From positions 1 to 34,584 of the forward strand of contig JBJSXO010000355.1 in assembly GCA_046086425.1 (NCBI GenBank): a stretch of DNA of 34,584 nt. Reading direction: 5' to 3'. Source of the DNA: Actinomycetota bacterium (GTDB lineage Bacteria > Actinomycetota > Acidimicrobiia > IMCC26256 > PALSA-555). This document shows, piece by piece, positions 26,901 through 34,584 of this stretch (position 1 is the first letter of the stretch; each line of letters begins with the position of its first letter). The translations under genes and the position numbers were made by a program. The notes under the pieces were generated by a model. That model saw nothing but the letters and a program-made list of their open reading frames with translations. It ran no database searches and had not been told where the DNA came from.

Positions 26901-27202
26901 GGTGGTGGAACCCCGCGGTGGAGGACCAGGCGCGCGACCGCGCGTGGCGCATCGGCCAGACCCACACCGTCATCTGCCACCGGCTGGTGTGCCCGGGCAC
27001 CGTCGACGAGCGGGTCGAGGAGGTCGTCGAGGGCAAGCGTCGCATCGCCGATCTCGTCCTGCCCAAGTCGAGCTCGCTCGCCGACCTCGACCAGGCGCAG
27101 CTGAGCATGGCCCTGGGCATCCGCCCCGACGCCCTGCTCACCGAGGACGTCGCCGATCTCGGCGCCACCCCGCCCGATCCCGGCGAGGAGGCCGCCGCAT
27201 GA
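23948..27202 (+). CDS. SNF2-family (DEAD/DEAH-box) helicase/ATPase
   Basis: LRTYQ, LDMGLGKT, VLDEAQAIKN, ALTGTPIENGL, LKQICNHP, SLKAGGTGLNLT and DRWWNPAVEDQARDRAWRIGQ. Confidence 0.95.
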   Translation: MTTSPAPTVPAWQFELAVEDDADGNASPEQHSLLEADRPRWQATLNTLLRAAEQHLAAARRLQGPERSQVLADAEADRQRLLLAWSRLTGIEIEVTAPRAGASGPAEREPDADSLAPAVVALQVSWEPGRVVAWAGGPRCEPGAAAAVLAMLAEAEAPEAPWTPHAGVTLPDGGRAEAFSAPVGEVLGWLVAAGAGQVDAEVGASVRWLGRVAIWAVELTARGAMVPLLRQRRKRNGSSRSTSASYSVRWTPALVDADRLADVVAAMPGSVRALDTRVDARALTRSALTGMVDAICRDSARRIEVPAPPPVVRSATDVTEAFLARLDGSAFDAPMRVADDLVTKAERWARGVTREQRPLLVRLEAPPAGDPAWDLAVFAPSPDGTLVPIERAIVDARSERAELEDEIGRIERMVPALARPSTRRGHTVVDQAEAWELMVDIGPRLAAAGFAVQVPALSLRRPAPSLRVFAEQTETAVGASQLADVRWSAVFDDVELTAADIARLAREARPLIHSRGRWVALDKADLDAAAAALAERAQTTQLSGADMLRLALGLDGSPLAGGITVAGGGWAAELLAAAAAVDGTPATEPDGFVGELRTYQADALAWLGFLESAGIGGCLALDMGLGKTPTMLAHLTEAADRGPALVIAPPAVVGNWASEAHQFVPGLRVKVHHGANRADADEIAAEVAGADVLLTTYGTAVRDIEAIEKVDWATLVLDEAQAIKNVASDTAQQLRRIPARVRVALTGTPIENGLGDLWAILDFTNPGLVGPRPQFVASLSGDESSKAQSAEHALRALNGILVFRRTKAEPAIAAELPDRIDELDHCSMTPEQIGLYQAVLDKLVLTTDLPDGEEPRKGQILAAITALKQICNHPAAYQDDDGPLGGRSGKLARLEEIVDIVYAAGERVLIFTHFAEWGMKLATHLTEHTGTPVECYHGGLSRTARDKIIEDFQNGEGPGALVLSLKAGGTGLNLTAANHVVLYDRWWNPAVEDQARDRAWRIGQTHTVICHRLVCPGTVDERVEEVVEGKRRIADLVLPKSSSLADLDQAQLSMALGIRPDALLTEDVADLGATPPDPGEEAAA

Positions 27203-27522
27203 CCGAGGGCGGAGGCAACCGGCGGCGGCGGTCGCGGTCGGCCGCGCGTCGCAAGGGCTCGGCCCGGCCGTTCTGGGGCGACGCCGAGACCGCAGCAGGA
27301 CCCGAGCACGGGATCGAACCGGTCGACCACCCGACGGCGCTCATCGACTCGCTCGGGACCCCCCCCTTTCCCCGCGCCGACCCCGCGCCCCACTACTTCG
27401 CCGCCGTCTACAACCGGGCTACCGGCATGGCCCTGGCCCTCGCGCACGCGTACGGCATCGTCGAGACCGGCGACCCCGACGACACGCCCACCGAGACCGG
27501 CCCGGGTGGCGAGACGGGCTGA
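27199..27522 (+). CDS. Hypothetical protein (107 aa), translationally coupled to the helicase
   Basis: ATGA overlap at 27199-27202; Arg-rich N-terminus followed by FWG...PTALIDSLGTPPFP...HYFAAVYNRA. Confidence 0.7.
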   Translation: MTEGGGNRRRRSRSAARRKGSARPFWGDAETAAGPEHGIEPVDHPTALIDSLGTPPFPRADPAPHYFAAVYNRATGMALALAHAYGIVETGDPDDTPTETGPGGETG

Positions 27523-27540
27523 TCCCCGCAGGCGACGCGC

Positions 27541-29184
27541 TCAACCGTCGTCCGACACCATGCCTGCGTCGACCCGCAGCACGCGGTCGAAGGCCACGGT
27601 GTCGAGCAGCCGGCGGTCGTGGGTGACCAGCAGGACCGTGCCGGGGAACTCCGCCAGCGCCTGCTCGAGCTGCTCGATCGCCGGCAGGTCGAGGTGGTTC
27701 GTCGGCTCGTCGAGGACCAGCGTGTTGACCCCGGTGGTCTGGAGGAGCGCGAGCGCAGCACGGGTGCGCTCCCCCGGCGAGAGCATCGCCGCGGGCCGCT
27801 CGACGTGCGCGGCGCCGAGCCCGAACTTGGCCAGGACGCTGCGGGCGTCGCTGATCGTCACCCCCGTCGCCGCGATGAACGCGTCGACCAGCGCGGTCGT
27901 CCCGGCAAACGTGGCCCGGGCCTGGTCGATCTCGCCGACCACCACGCCGGGGCCGAGCCACTGCGTCCCCGCGTGCAGTTCGACCCGGCCGAGCAGGGCA
28001 TCGAGCAACGTGGACTTCCCGGCACCGTTGGGACCGACGATGCCCACCGTCTCCCCCCAGCCGATCTCGAGGGTCACCGGGCCGAGCGAGAAGCGGTCGC
28101 GCGCCACCACCGCCTGGTCGAGGCGCGCCACGACCGCGCCGGCGCGGGGGGCGCACGCAATGGAGAACTGCAGCTCCCACTCCTCCCACGGCTTCTCTAC
28201 GACCTCGAGCCGCTCGAGCGCGCGCTCGCTGCGCCGGGCTCGCGACGCAAGTTGCTCGGTCTGCTCCTTGCGGAAGCCCCGCCCGGCACGATCGGCGTCC
28301 TTCGGGCTCGCTTTGCCCTTGGCGACCCCACGGTGTGCCCACTCCCGCTCGCGCTGGGCCCGGGCGGTGAGCGCGCCACGCTGGCCCTGGTACTCCTCGT
28401 ACGCGGCCTCGGCACGCCGTCGGGACACGTCGCGCTCACGCAGGTACGCCGAGTACCCACCCGCGAACGTCGTGATCGTGTGGTCGTGCGCGTCCAGATC
28501 GGCGACGTCGGTGACGACCCGGTCGAGGAACGCGCGGTCATGGCTCACCACGACCAACGGTCCCGTGAACCCGAGCGCGAAGCGCTCGAGCTGGTCGAGA
28601 CCGTCGAAGTCGAGGTCGTTCGTCGGCTCGTCGAGCAACAGGACGTCGAAGCGCGCCAGCAAGATGGCGGCCAGCCCGACCCGCGCGGCCTGACCTCCCG
28701 AGAGCGTGGGCATCGTGGCGTCGAGCAGCGAGCCGGCCGCGAGCCCGAGCGTCTGCACCACCTCACCGGCACGAGCGTTGAAGTCGGCCGCCCCGAGCGC
28801 CAGCCACCGTTCCAGCGCCGCGCTGTAACGGTCGTCGGCACCCTCGGCACCGTCGGCGAGCGCAGCCGTCGCCGCGTCGAGCGCGTCCTGCGCGTCGGCG
28901 ACACCGGTCCGGCGCGCAAGGTAGGCCATGACCGACTCACCCGCCCGCCGCTCCGGCTCCTGGCGCAGCTCACCCACGGTCGCCGTCGGCGGCGCCGTCT
29001 CCACCGACCCGGACTCGGGGTGCAGCCGGCCCGCGAGAACGCCGAGGAGCGTCGACTTCCCCGAGCCGTTGGGCCCGAGGACGCCGAGACGCTGGCCGGG
29101 CGGGACCACGAGGTCCACGTCCTCGAGCACGGGGTGGGGGCCGTAGGCGAAGGTGACGCCCCGGGCTCGCAGCGTCGCCGGCAT
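27541..29184 (-). CDS. ABC-F family ATP-binding protein
   Basis: Two ABC domains (GPNGSGKST/LSGGQ/LLDEPTND and GPNGAGKST/LSPGE/VLDEPTNH), an interdomain linker, and no TM segments. Confidence 0.93.
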   Translation of the reverse strand: MPATLRARGVTFAYGPHPVLEDVDLVVPPGQRLGVLGPNGSGKSTLLGVLAGRLHPESGSVETAPPTATVGELRQEPERRAGESVMAYLARRTGVADAQDALDAATAALADGAEGADDRYSAALERWLALGAADFNARAGEVVQTLGLAAGSLLDATMPTLSGGQAARVGLAAILLARFDVLLLDEPTNDLDFDGLDQLERFALGFTGPLVVVSHDRAFLDRVVTDVADLDAHDHTITTFAGGYSAYLRERDVSRRRAEAAYEEYQGQRGALTARAQREREWAHRGVAKGKASPKDADRAGRGFRKEQTEQLASRARRSERALERLEVVEKPWEEWELQFSIACAPRAGAVVARLDQAVVARDRFSLGPVTLEIGWGETVGIVGPNGAGKSTLLDALLGRVELHAGTQWLGPGVVVGEIDQARATFAGTTALVDAFIAATGVTISDARSVLAKFGLGAAHVERPAAMLSPGERTRAALALLQTTGVNTLVLDEPTNHLDLPAIEQLEQALAEFPGTVLLVTHDRRLLDTVAFDRVLRVDAGMVSDDG

Positions 29185-29246
29185 CGGTCGACGCTACCGG
29201 CAGGCGGACGCGCCCACAGACCGGCGCGCGGCCCGGGCCACGCCGA

Positions 29247-29705
29247 TCACGCCGGTGCGGCGAAGGGCGGGACCAGCGACGGGGTCGGGGGCCCCGTGAG
29301 CACGATGATCGACGCGTGCTCGAGGCCGGCGCGCCGGTGCACGAGGGCGTCCCGGTACCAGTCCAGACCGAGCATCCCGAGGAACGCGTTGCGGCTCGGG
29401 TACCACACCGCGAGCGCCTCGTCGTAGGTGTCGTGGTCACACCCCGAGAACACCTGCTCGGCGGGGGCCAGCCAGAGGATCTGCGCCCCCACCTCGGCCA
29501 TCGCCCGGATGGCCACCTCGCCGTAACGCCGGTACGCGTCCCGCCCGGAGACCGCGTCGTCCGGACCCGGGGCCTCGTACTCCGCCCGGTCGCGGTAGCG
29601 GTTGAGGTTGAGCATCACGATCGGGGTGGTGAGGTCCTCGCCCGCGAAGGCACCCAGCTGGGCGTCGGTCGGGTCGATGTGGGTGCTTACGGGCTGCGTG
29701 ATCAC
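29247..29705 (-). CDS. DUF1330-like dimeric alpha/beta barrel protein (152 aa)
   Basis: GGAGG SD before GTG 29705; PIVMLNLNRYR, SGRDAYRRYG, VWYPSRNAFLGM and HRRAGLE. Confidence 0.8.
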   Translation of the reverse strand: MITQPVSTHIDPTDAQLGAFAGEDLTTPIVMLNLNRYRDRAEYEAPGPDDAVSGRDAYRRYGEVAIRAMAEVGAQILWLAPAEQVFSGCDHDTYDEALAVWYPSRNAFLGMLGLDWYRDALVHRRAGLEHASIIVLTGPPTPSLVPPFAAPA

Positions 29706-29756
29706 GGGTCCTCCCGGTTTCGACAATGTGTTCCCAGGTCGTTCAGACTGCCGCCC

Positions 29757-31337
29757 ATGGGCCGCAAGATCCTCTTCGTCACCACCGACCAGCAACGCTA
29801 CGACGCACTGGGCTGCAACGGCGGCACCATCGCCCGGACTCCGGTGGTCGACCGCCTCGCGGCCGACGGGATCGTGTACCGCCGGGCCTACAACCAGAAC
29901 ACGGTCTGCATGCCCGCGCGGTCCACCATGCTCACCGGCCAGTACGTCCGCACCCACGGCGTAGTGGCCAACGGAGTCGCCCTCCCCGAGGACGCCCCGA
30001 GCGTCGCCGCTCATCTCCACGAGCGCGCCGGTTACCGGACGGCACTCATCGGCAAGGCCCACTTCGAGCCGGCCTTCGACCCCGCGGGTCGCTGGGAGGA
30101 GAACGCCCGCTGGATGCGAGGCGACACCGGCCCGTGGCGGGGCTTCGAGTACTCGATCCAGGCCGCGCACATCGCCGCGTTCAACGGGCGAGCGATCCAG
30201 CACTACGGGCGCTGGCTCGAGGCCACCCACCCCGAGCACCTCGAGAGCTTCGCGCCGCTCCTGGGCGCGGTCCCCGGCGGCGACACCATGGCACCCGAGA
30301 CCAAGCACAACCCGATCCCGCGCGGTTGGTACCACACCGACTGGACTGCGGAGCGCGCCATCGACTGGCTCGACTCGCTCGACGCCGACGACGACTGGTT
30401 CTGCTGGCTCAGCTTCCCCGACCCCCACCATCCGTGGGACCCGCCCGAGGAGGAGATGCACCGGGTGCGGTGGCAGGACCTCGACCTGCCGCCCGGCCAC
30501 CCGGGGTCGCCCGACGCGATCCGGGCCGTGCTCGCCCAGAAGCCGGCGCACTGGCTCGCGTGGTGGGAGGGCCGCTTCCTCAACGCGGAGGGCGGGCCGC
30601 TGATGTTCTCCCCCGGGACCCTCACCGACGACCAGATCCGCGAGGTCAACGCGCGCGTCCACGTCATGAACGAGCTGATCGACGAGGCGACCGGACGCGT
30701 GCTCGCCGCGATCGAGCGGCGGGGGTGGCTCGCCGATACCGACGTCATCTTCACCACCGATCACGGTGAGCTCCAGGGCGACTTCGGACTGCTCTACAAG
30801 GGCCCGTACCACACCGAGGCGCTCATGCGGCTGCCGTTCGTGTGGCGGCCGGCGCCCTCGGCCGGCATCCCCGCGACCGAGATCCACGATCCGGTCGGTC
30901 AGGTGGACCTCGCGCCCACGTTCTGCACGATCGCCGGCATCGAGCCTGCGGAGTGGATGGAGGGGCGCACGCTGCCGACCGCCCCGGACGCGGGTACGCA
31001 CGAGCGGGCGCTGTGCGAGTGGGACAGCCAGTTCCCGGGTTGGGGCATGCACCTGCGGTCGATCGTGCGTGACGGGTGGCTGTGCACCGTCTACGAGGAG
31101 AGCACCGACGGCCAGCCCAATGGGCTCGAGGCGTGGAGCGAGCGGGTGCTCATCCCGTGCGGCATCCACTACGACGGGACCGAGGGCGAGCTCTACGACC
31201 TCGAGGAGGACCCGTTCCAGTTCCGCAACCGCTGGGACGACCCGGGCGCGCGCGCGGTCCGGGCCGACCTGGTCGCCGACCTCTACGACGCTCTCCCGAA
31301 GCACCGCCGCGTCCTCCCCGTCGACGCCCCCGCCTGA
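29757..31337 (+). CDS. Formylglycine-dependent sulfatase
   Basis: ILFVTTDQQR, CMPARSTMLTG (CxPxR), GYRTALIGKAH, PDPHHP, FTTDHG and ELYDLEEDP. Confidence 0.93.
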   Translation: MGRKILFVTTDQQRYDALGCNGGTIARTPVVDRLAADGIVYRRAYNQNTVCMPARSTMLTGQYVRTHGVVANGVALPEDAPSVAAHLHERAGYRTALIGKAHFEPAFDPAGRWEENARWMRGDTGPWRGFEYSIQAAHIAAFNGRAIQHYGRWLEATHPEHLESFAPLLGAVPGGDTMAPETKHNPIPRGWYHTDWTAERAIDWLDSLDADDDWFCWLSFPDPHHPWDPPEEEMHRVRWQDLDLPPGHPGSPDAIRAVLAQKPAHWLAWWEGRFLNAEGGPLMFSPGTLTDDQIREVNARVHVMNELIDEATGRVLAAIERRGWLADTDVIFTTDHGELQGDFGLLYKGPYHTEALMRLPFVWRPAPSAGIPATEIHDPVGQVDLAPTFCTIAGIEPAEWMEGRTLPTAPDAGTHERALCEWDSQFPGWGMHLRSIVRDGWLCTVYEESTDGQPNGLEAWSERVLIPCGIHYDGTEGELYDLEEDPFQFRNRWDDPGARAVRADLVADLYDALPKHRRVLPVDAPA

Positions 31338-31350
31338 CCCCCGGCGTTTG

Positions 31351-31400
31351 GTGCGTATCTGACCGTCGTCTTCTGACGAAGAAGAAGGTCAGATACGCAC
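31351..31400. terminator. Long inverted repeat between convergent genes (putative bidirectional terminator or REP-like element)
   Basis: Perfect 14-bp arms GTGCGTATCTGACC (31351-31364) and GGTCAGATACGCAC (31387-31400), plus an imperfect inner stem around a TGAC loop. Confidence 0.7.
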
Positions 31401-31432
31401 GATCGGTGGGGAGTGGGGAATGCGGGTGGGGG

Positions 31433-33379
31433 TCAGGTGAAGGTGTAGTCGGCGGGGTCGGCGGCGCGGGTCCAGGTCCAGTAGGTGGGGATGGGCCACG
31501 GTGACAGGGTCCAGACCTCGCCACGGGCGTTCTTGTAGTGCGAGTGGGTAACCGACGGGTGGGCCCAGACCATCTGCGAGATCTCGTGCTGGTAGCGCTC
31601 GACGTACCGGTCGTGCGCGTCCGTGCGCACCTCGATCGTACGGTGACCGCTGCGGAGCGTCTGCCCGATGGCATCCATGACGTAGTGCACCTGGCACTCG
31701 GACTGGAAGATCAGGCTGCCGCCGTGCGCCAGGTTGGTCCCCGGGCCGTAGACGCAGAACAGGTTCGGGAAGTCGGGGACCGTGATGCCGAGGAACGCCG
31801 ACGGCCGGTCGCCCCACTGGTCGCGCAGGCTGCGCCCGCCCCGGCCGGTGATGTGCATCGGCCACAGGAACTCGGTGTGGCGGAAGCCCGTCGCGTAGCA
31901 GATGACGTCGGCCGGGTGGTGGGTGCCGTCCTCGGTGACGACGCCGTCGGCCACGATGCGGGCGATCCCCGTGCGCACCAGCTCCACGTTGTCCTTCTTC
32001 AGGCAGGTCAGCCACGACCCGTTGTCCTGGAGCGTGCGCTTGCCGGTGGCCGGGTAGTCGGGCATGACCTTCGCGAGCAGGTCGGGATCGTCCCCCACCT
32101 GGCTCTCGATCCAGCCGGTGAACAGCTGGCGGGTGATCTCGTTGCCCGCACTCACCGCCTGTCCCTGCCCGTCGTCGTACGCGGGGTCGACGCGCGAGTT
32201 CTCGATCGACAACCCGGCGCCCGGATAGAAGGTCAGGAAGCGGAACCACCGCGCGTAGAAGGGCACGTGGCGCATGGCCCACCGCTCACCGTCGGGCACC
32301 GGGAGGTGGTAGCCGGGGTTCGGGAACATCCACTGTGCCGTGCGCTGGAACACCGTGAGCCGCTCCACCTGGTCGGCGATCGTCGGTGCGATCTGGAAGC
32401 CGCTCGCGCCGGCACCCACGAGGGCGAAGCGTGTCCCCCGATGGTCGACGGAGTGGTCCCAGCGGGCCGAGTGGAACGACGGGCCGGCGAACTCGTCCCG
32501 GCCGGGGATGTCGGGGAGCTTCGGCCGGTTCAGCGAGCCCACCGCGCTGATCACGAACCGAGCGTCGATCGTGTCCGTGACGCCGTCGGCGGTGCGCACC
32601 GCGACCGACCAAAGGCCGGTCGTCTCGTCGTAGGTCGCGTCGGTGACCTCGGTCCCGAAGCGGATCCGCGGGCGGAGCGCGTGGTGGTCCATCACCCGCA
32701 CGAAGTACTCCTGGAGCTCGGGCTGCTGCGAGAAGTACTCCGTCCAGTGGTCGGCCGGCTCGAACGAGTAGCAGTAGAAGTGGCTGCCGACGTCGACACG
32801 CGCACCGGGGTAGCGGTTCTCGTACCAGGTGCCCCCGGGACCGGCGTTCTTCTCGACGATCGTGAACGGCAGCCCGGCCTCCTGGAGCCGGATCCCAGCC
32901 AGCAACCCCGCCTCGCCGCAGCCGATGACCACCACCGGCGAGTCGGCCTTCACGTCGTCGGGGATCTCCGCCCCCCAAGTGATCGCCCCGGAGTCGGCGC
33001 CGTCGAGGTGGAGGTCGTCCACGAACATGGGCTCCACCGCGCGGTCGACCTCGGCGCAGGCCAGGTAGCTCATCATCTCGTGGAGCACCTCGGCCGACGG
33101 CGCGGGCGGGAGCACGCAGCCGCCGTCGCGGTACGCGGCCAGCGCCGGGAGCGCCCGCCGGCGCGCCTCGGCCTTGGTGTCCACGTCGAGGTAGCCCTGG
33201 TACTCGTTGAGGAACAGCCCGGCCGGGCGGATGTCGCCACGGACCCACGCGGGATCGCCGGTCACGTGGACCATCGCGCACATCAACGCCGGGATGCTCA
33301 CGTCCTCGAGGGCTGCGGCGATGGTCGCGTCGTCGTCGGTGAACGGGCGTCCTGCGTGCGGGTTGCGGGTGGTGGCCAT
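31433..33379 (-). CDS. Baeyer-Villiger/flavin monooxygenase (4-hydroxyacetophenone monooxygenase-like)
   Basis: VIGCGEAG, GGTWYENRYPG, BVMO fingerprint FAGPSFHSARWD, VGAGASG, ATGF and PNLFCVYGP; long N-terminal extension. Alternative start at 33397. Confidence 0.9.
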   Translation of the reverse strand: MATTRNPHAGRPFTDDDATIAAALEDVSIPALMCAMVHVTGDPAWVRGDIRPAGLFLNEYQGYLDVDTKAEARRRALPALAAYRDGGCVLPPAPSAEVLHEMMSYLACAEVDRAVEPMFVDDLHLDGADSGAITWGAEIPDDVKADSPVVVIGCGEAGLLAGIRLQEAGLPFTIVEKNAGPGGTWYENRYPGARVDVGSHFYCYSFEPADHWTEYFSQQPELQEYFVRVMDHHALRPRIRFGTEVTDATYDETTGLWSVAVRTADGVTDTIDARFVISAVGSLNRPKLPDIPGRDEFAGPSFHSARWDHSVDHRGTRFALVGAGASGFQIAPTIADQVERLTVFQRTAQWMFPNPGYHLPVPDGERWAMRHVPFYARWFRFLTFYPGAGLSIENSRVDPAYDDGQGQAVSAGNEITRQLFTGWIESQVGDDPDLLAKVMPDYPATGKRTLQDNGSWLTCLKKDNVELVRTGIARIVADGVVTEDGTHHPADVICYATGFRHTEFLWPMHITGRGGRSLRDQWGDRPSAFLGITVPDFPNLFCVYGPGTNLAHGGSLIFQSECQVHYVMDAIGQTLRSGHRTIEVRTDAHDRYVERYQHEISQMVWAHPSVTHSHYKNARGEVWTLSPWPIPTYWTWTRAADPADYTFT

Positions 33380-33383
33380 GGCC

Positions 33384-34584
33384 TCAGGCTCGCCCATGGG
33401 CCGGCGCCGCTTCCAGTCGGCCCCGTAGGTCGTCGAGGAGCCCGGGGCTCGCCTTCATCGCGGTGCGGGTCGCCCCGCTGAGCAGGCCCAGGCGCAGCCG
33501 CAGGGCCGCGTCGACCAGGGCGTCCCGGCCCACCACCGCCTCGGCCACCGCCACCGCCCGGTCGGGGCCCACCACCGTGGTGGACGAGGCGAGGAGCTCG
33601 GCGACGTCGGTGCGCAGCAGGAGGTCGGAGGCCGCGAGCTCGCTGAACCCGAAGTCGATGATCCAGGGCTGGCCGTCGTCCCCGAGGAACACGTTGGCCA
33701 GGCGCAGGTCGCGGTGGGCGACCCGGTGCCTGCGCATGTGCGCGACCTGCTCCCAGATCCCGCCGAGCGCGGCATCGGTCATGTCTGCGGGCGGCACGCG
33801 GTCGAACGACTTGCCCGCGATCTGCTCGTAGGCGAGCACGAACCCGTTGGGCTCGGCCTGGGCGAAGGCGACGAAGCGCGGCGTGCACACCCCGAGGTCG
33901 CGCACGGCGAGGGCCACGAGCGCCTCGTGCTCGACGGTGCGCCGGAGCGACGCGTCGGCCTTCTCGTCGCCGAGGTCGCGGGGCATGAGCCGTCGGTAGG
34001 TCCGGAACATGAGGTCGGCGCTGCGCTCGTCGGCACCGAGGGCCTTCACGAACAGCGGTGTGCCGTCGGCGGCGGTGCCGAAGTAGGGCGAGGATCCCCG
34101 GGCGTCGACGTCGGCCCGGCGCAGGTCGCGGAGCGGGACCCCCACCGCCGCGAGCCCCGCCGAGATCGCCTCGATCGACGGGCGCATCGACGGCGCCCCG
34201 AGGACGACCACCGCGAGCGCGCCACCGAACCATCCGCAGAGGAGCGCGATCACCACGTCGAACTCGATCGGCGACCCGACGAACCACACCACAGCGACCA
34301 ACACGACCAGGGTCCACGCGAGCCGGCGCCAGCGTCGCGACTCCCACGGCGCGGCCGCCGTCACGATCGCCGTGACCACCGCGACACTGCTCGGCAGGTC
34401 CTCGGGGTCGACCGGGGTGAGCGACCGGTTCAGGTCGGTGACGCGCACCCGAGCACCATCGGCCAGCGGCGCCAGCACGAGGAACAGCACCACCGCGACC
34501 GCGACGGCCACCACGATCCCGAGGAGGAGCCGCCACTGCCGCTGTCCCAGCGCCACGGCCAGCCCGGCGACGACGAGCACGAGC
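33384..34584 (-). CDS. Membrane protein with a kinase-like domain; 5' end outside the window
   Basis: Several TM helices, then DARGSSPY, LFVKALG, EHEAL, AHRDLRLANV and WIIDFGFSE. Confidence 0.75.
   Translation of the reverse strand, partial: LVLVVAGLAVALGQRQWRLLLGIVVAVAVAVVLFLVLAPLADGARVRVTDLNRSLTPVDPEDLPSSVAVVTAIVTAAAPWESRRWRRLAWTLVVLVAVVWFVGSPIEFDVVIALLCGWFGGALAVVVLGAPSMRPSIEAISAGLAAVGVPLRDLRRADVDARGSSPYFGTAADGTPLFVKALGADERSADLMFRTYRRLMPRDLGDEKADASLRRTVEHEALVALAVRDLGVCTPRFVAFAQAEPNGFVLAYEQIAGKSFDRVPPADMTDAALGGIWEQVAHMRRHRVAHRDLRLANVFLGDDGQPWIIDFGFSELAASDLLLRTDVAELLASSTTVVGPDRAVAVAEAVVGRDALVDAALRLRLGLLSGATRTAMKASPGLLDDLRGRLEAAPAHGRA

Noticed and set aside
23720-26980. 1086-aa minus-strand ORF (and similar long ORFs 2115..3527, 17856..19889, 27619..29427, 31538..33481)
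   Set aside because: Each mirrors a well-supported gene on the opposite strand and has a non-protein-like composition.
27541-29184. Antibiotic-resistance ABC-F or exporter for the RiPP
   Set aside because: It has no TM domains, is separated from the cluster by the helicase operon, and its subfamily cannot be assigned without phylogeny.

Overview
High-GC bacterial DNA, most likely actinobacterial (Acidimicrobiia-like; inferred from gene content, GTG starts and TANNNT leaderless promoters). It carries about 27 CDS, mostly catabolic or respiratory: a CoxL-like molybdoenzyme, SDRs, AKR, GH15, cydAB, ACAD, a sulfatase, a BVMO, an SNF2 helicase and an ABC-F. Two things are hidden from the ORF track. 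(1) A cyclase-less, lasso-like RiPP locus at ~16.9-23.7 kb: an unannotated 28-aa YxxP-leader peptide (23613-23699) divergent from a PqqD/RRE, a nucleotidyltransferase fused to an S26-type peptidase, an HPr-kinase-like kinase and an A-T-TE enzyme, converging on a QueC-like PP-loop protein. (2) A PrdB/GrdB-like selenoprotein (14451-15596), split in the ORF track by an in-frame UGA that lies in a U-x-x-C motif and is followed by a SECIS-like hairpin. No rRNA, tRNA, CRISPR or mobile element was recognised. All family calls come from motif recognition by eye, not database searches.
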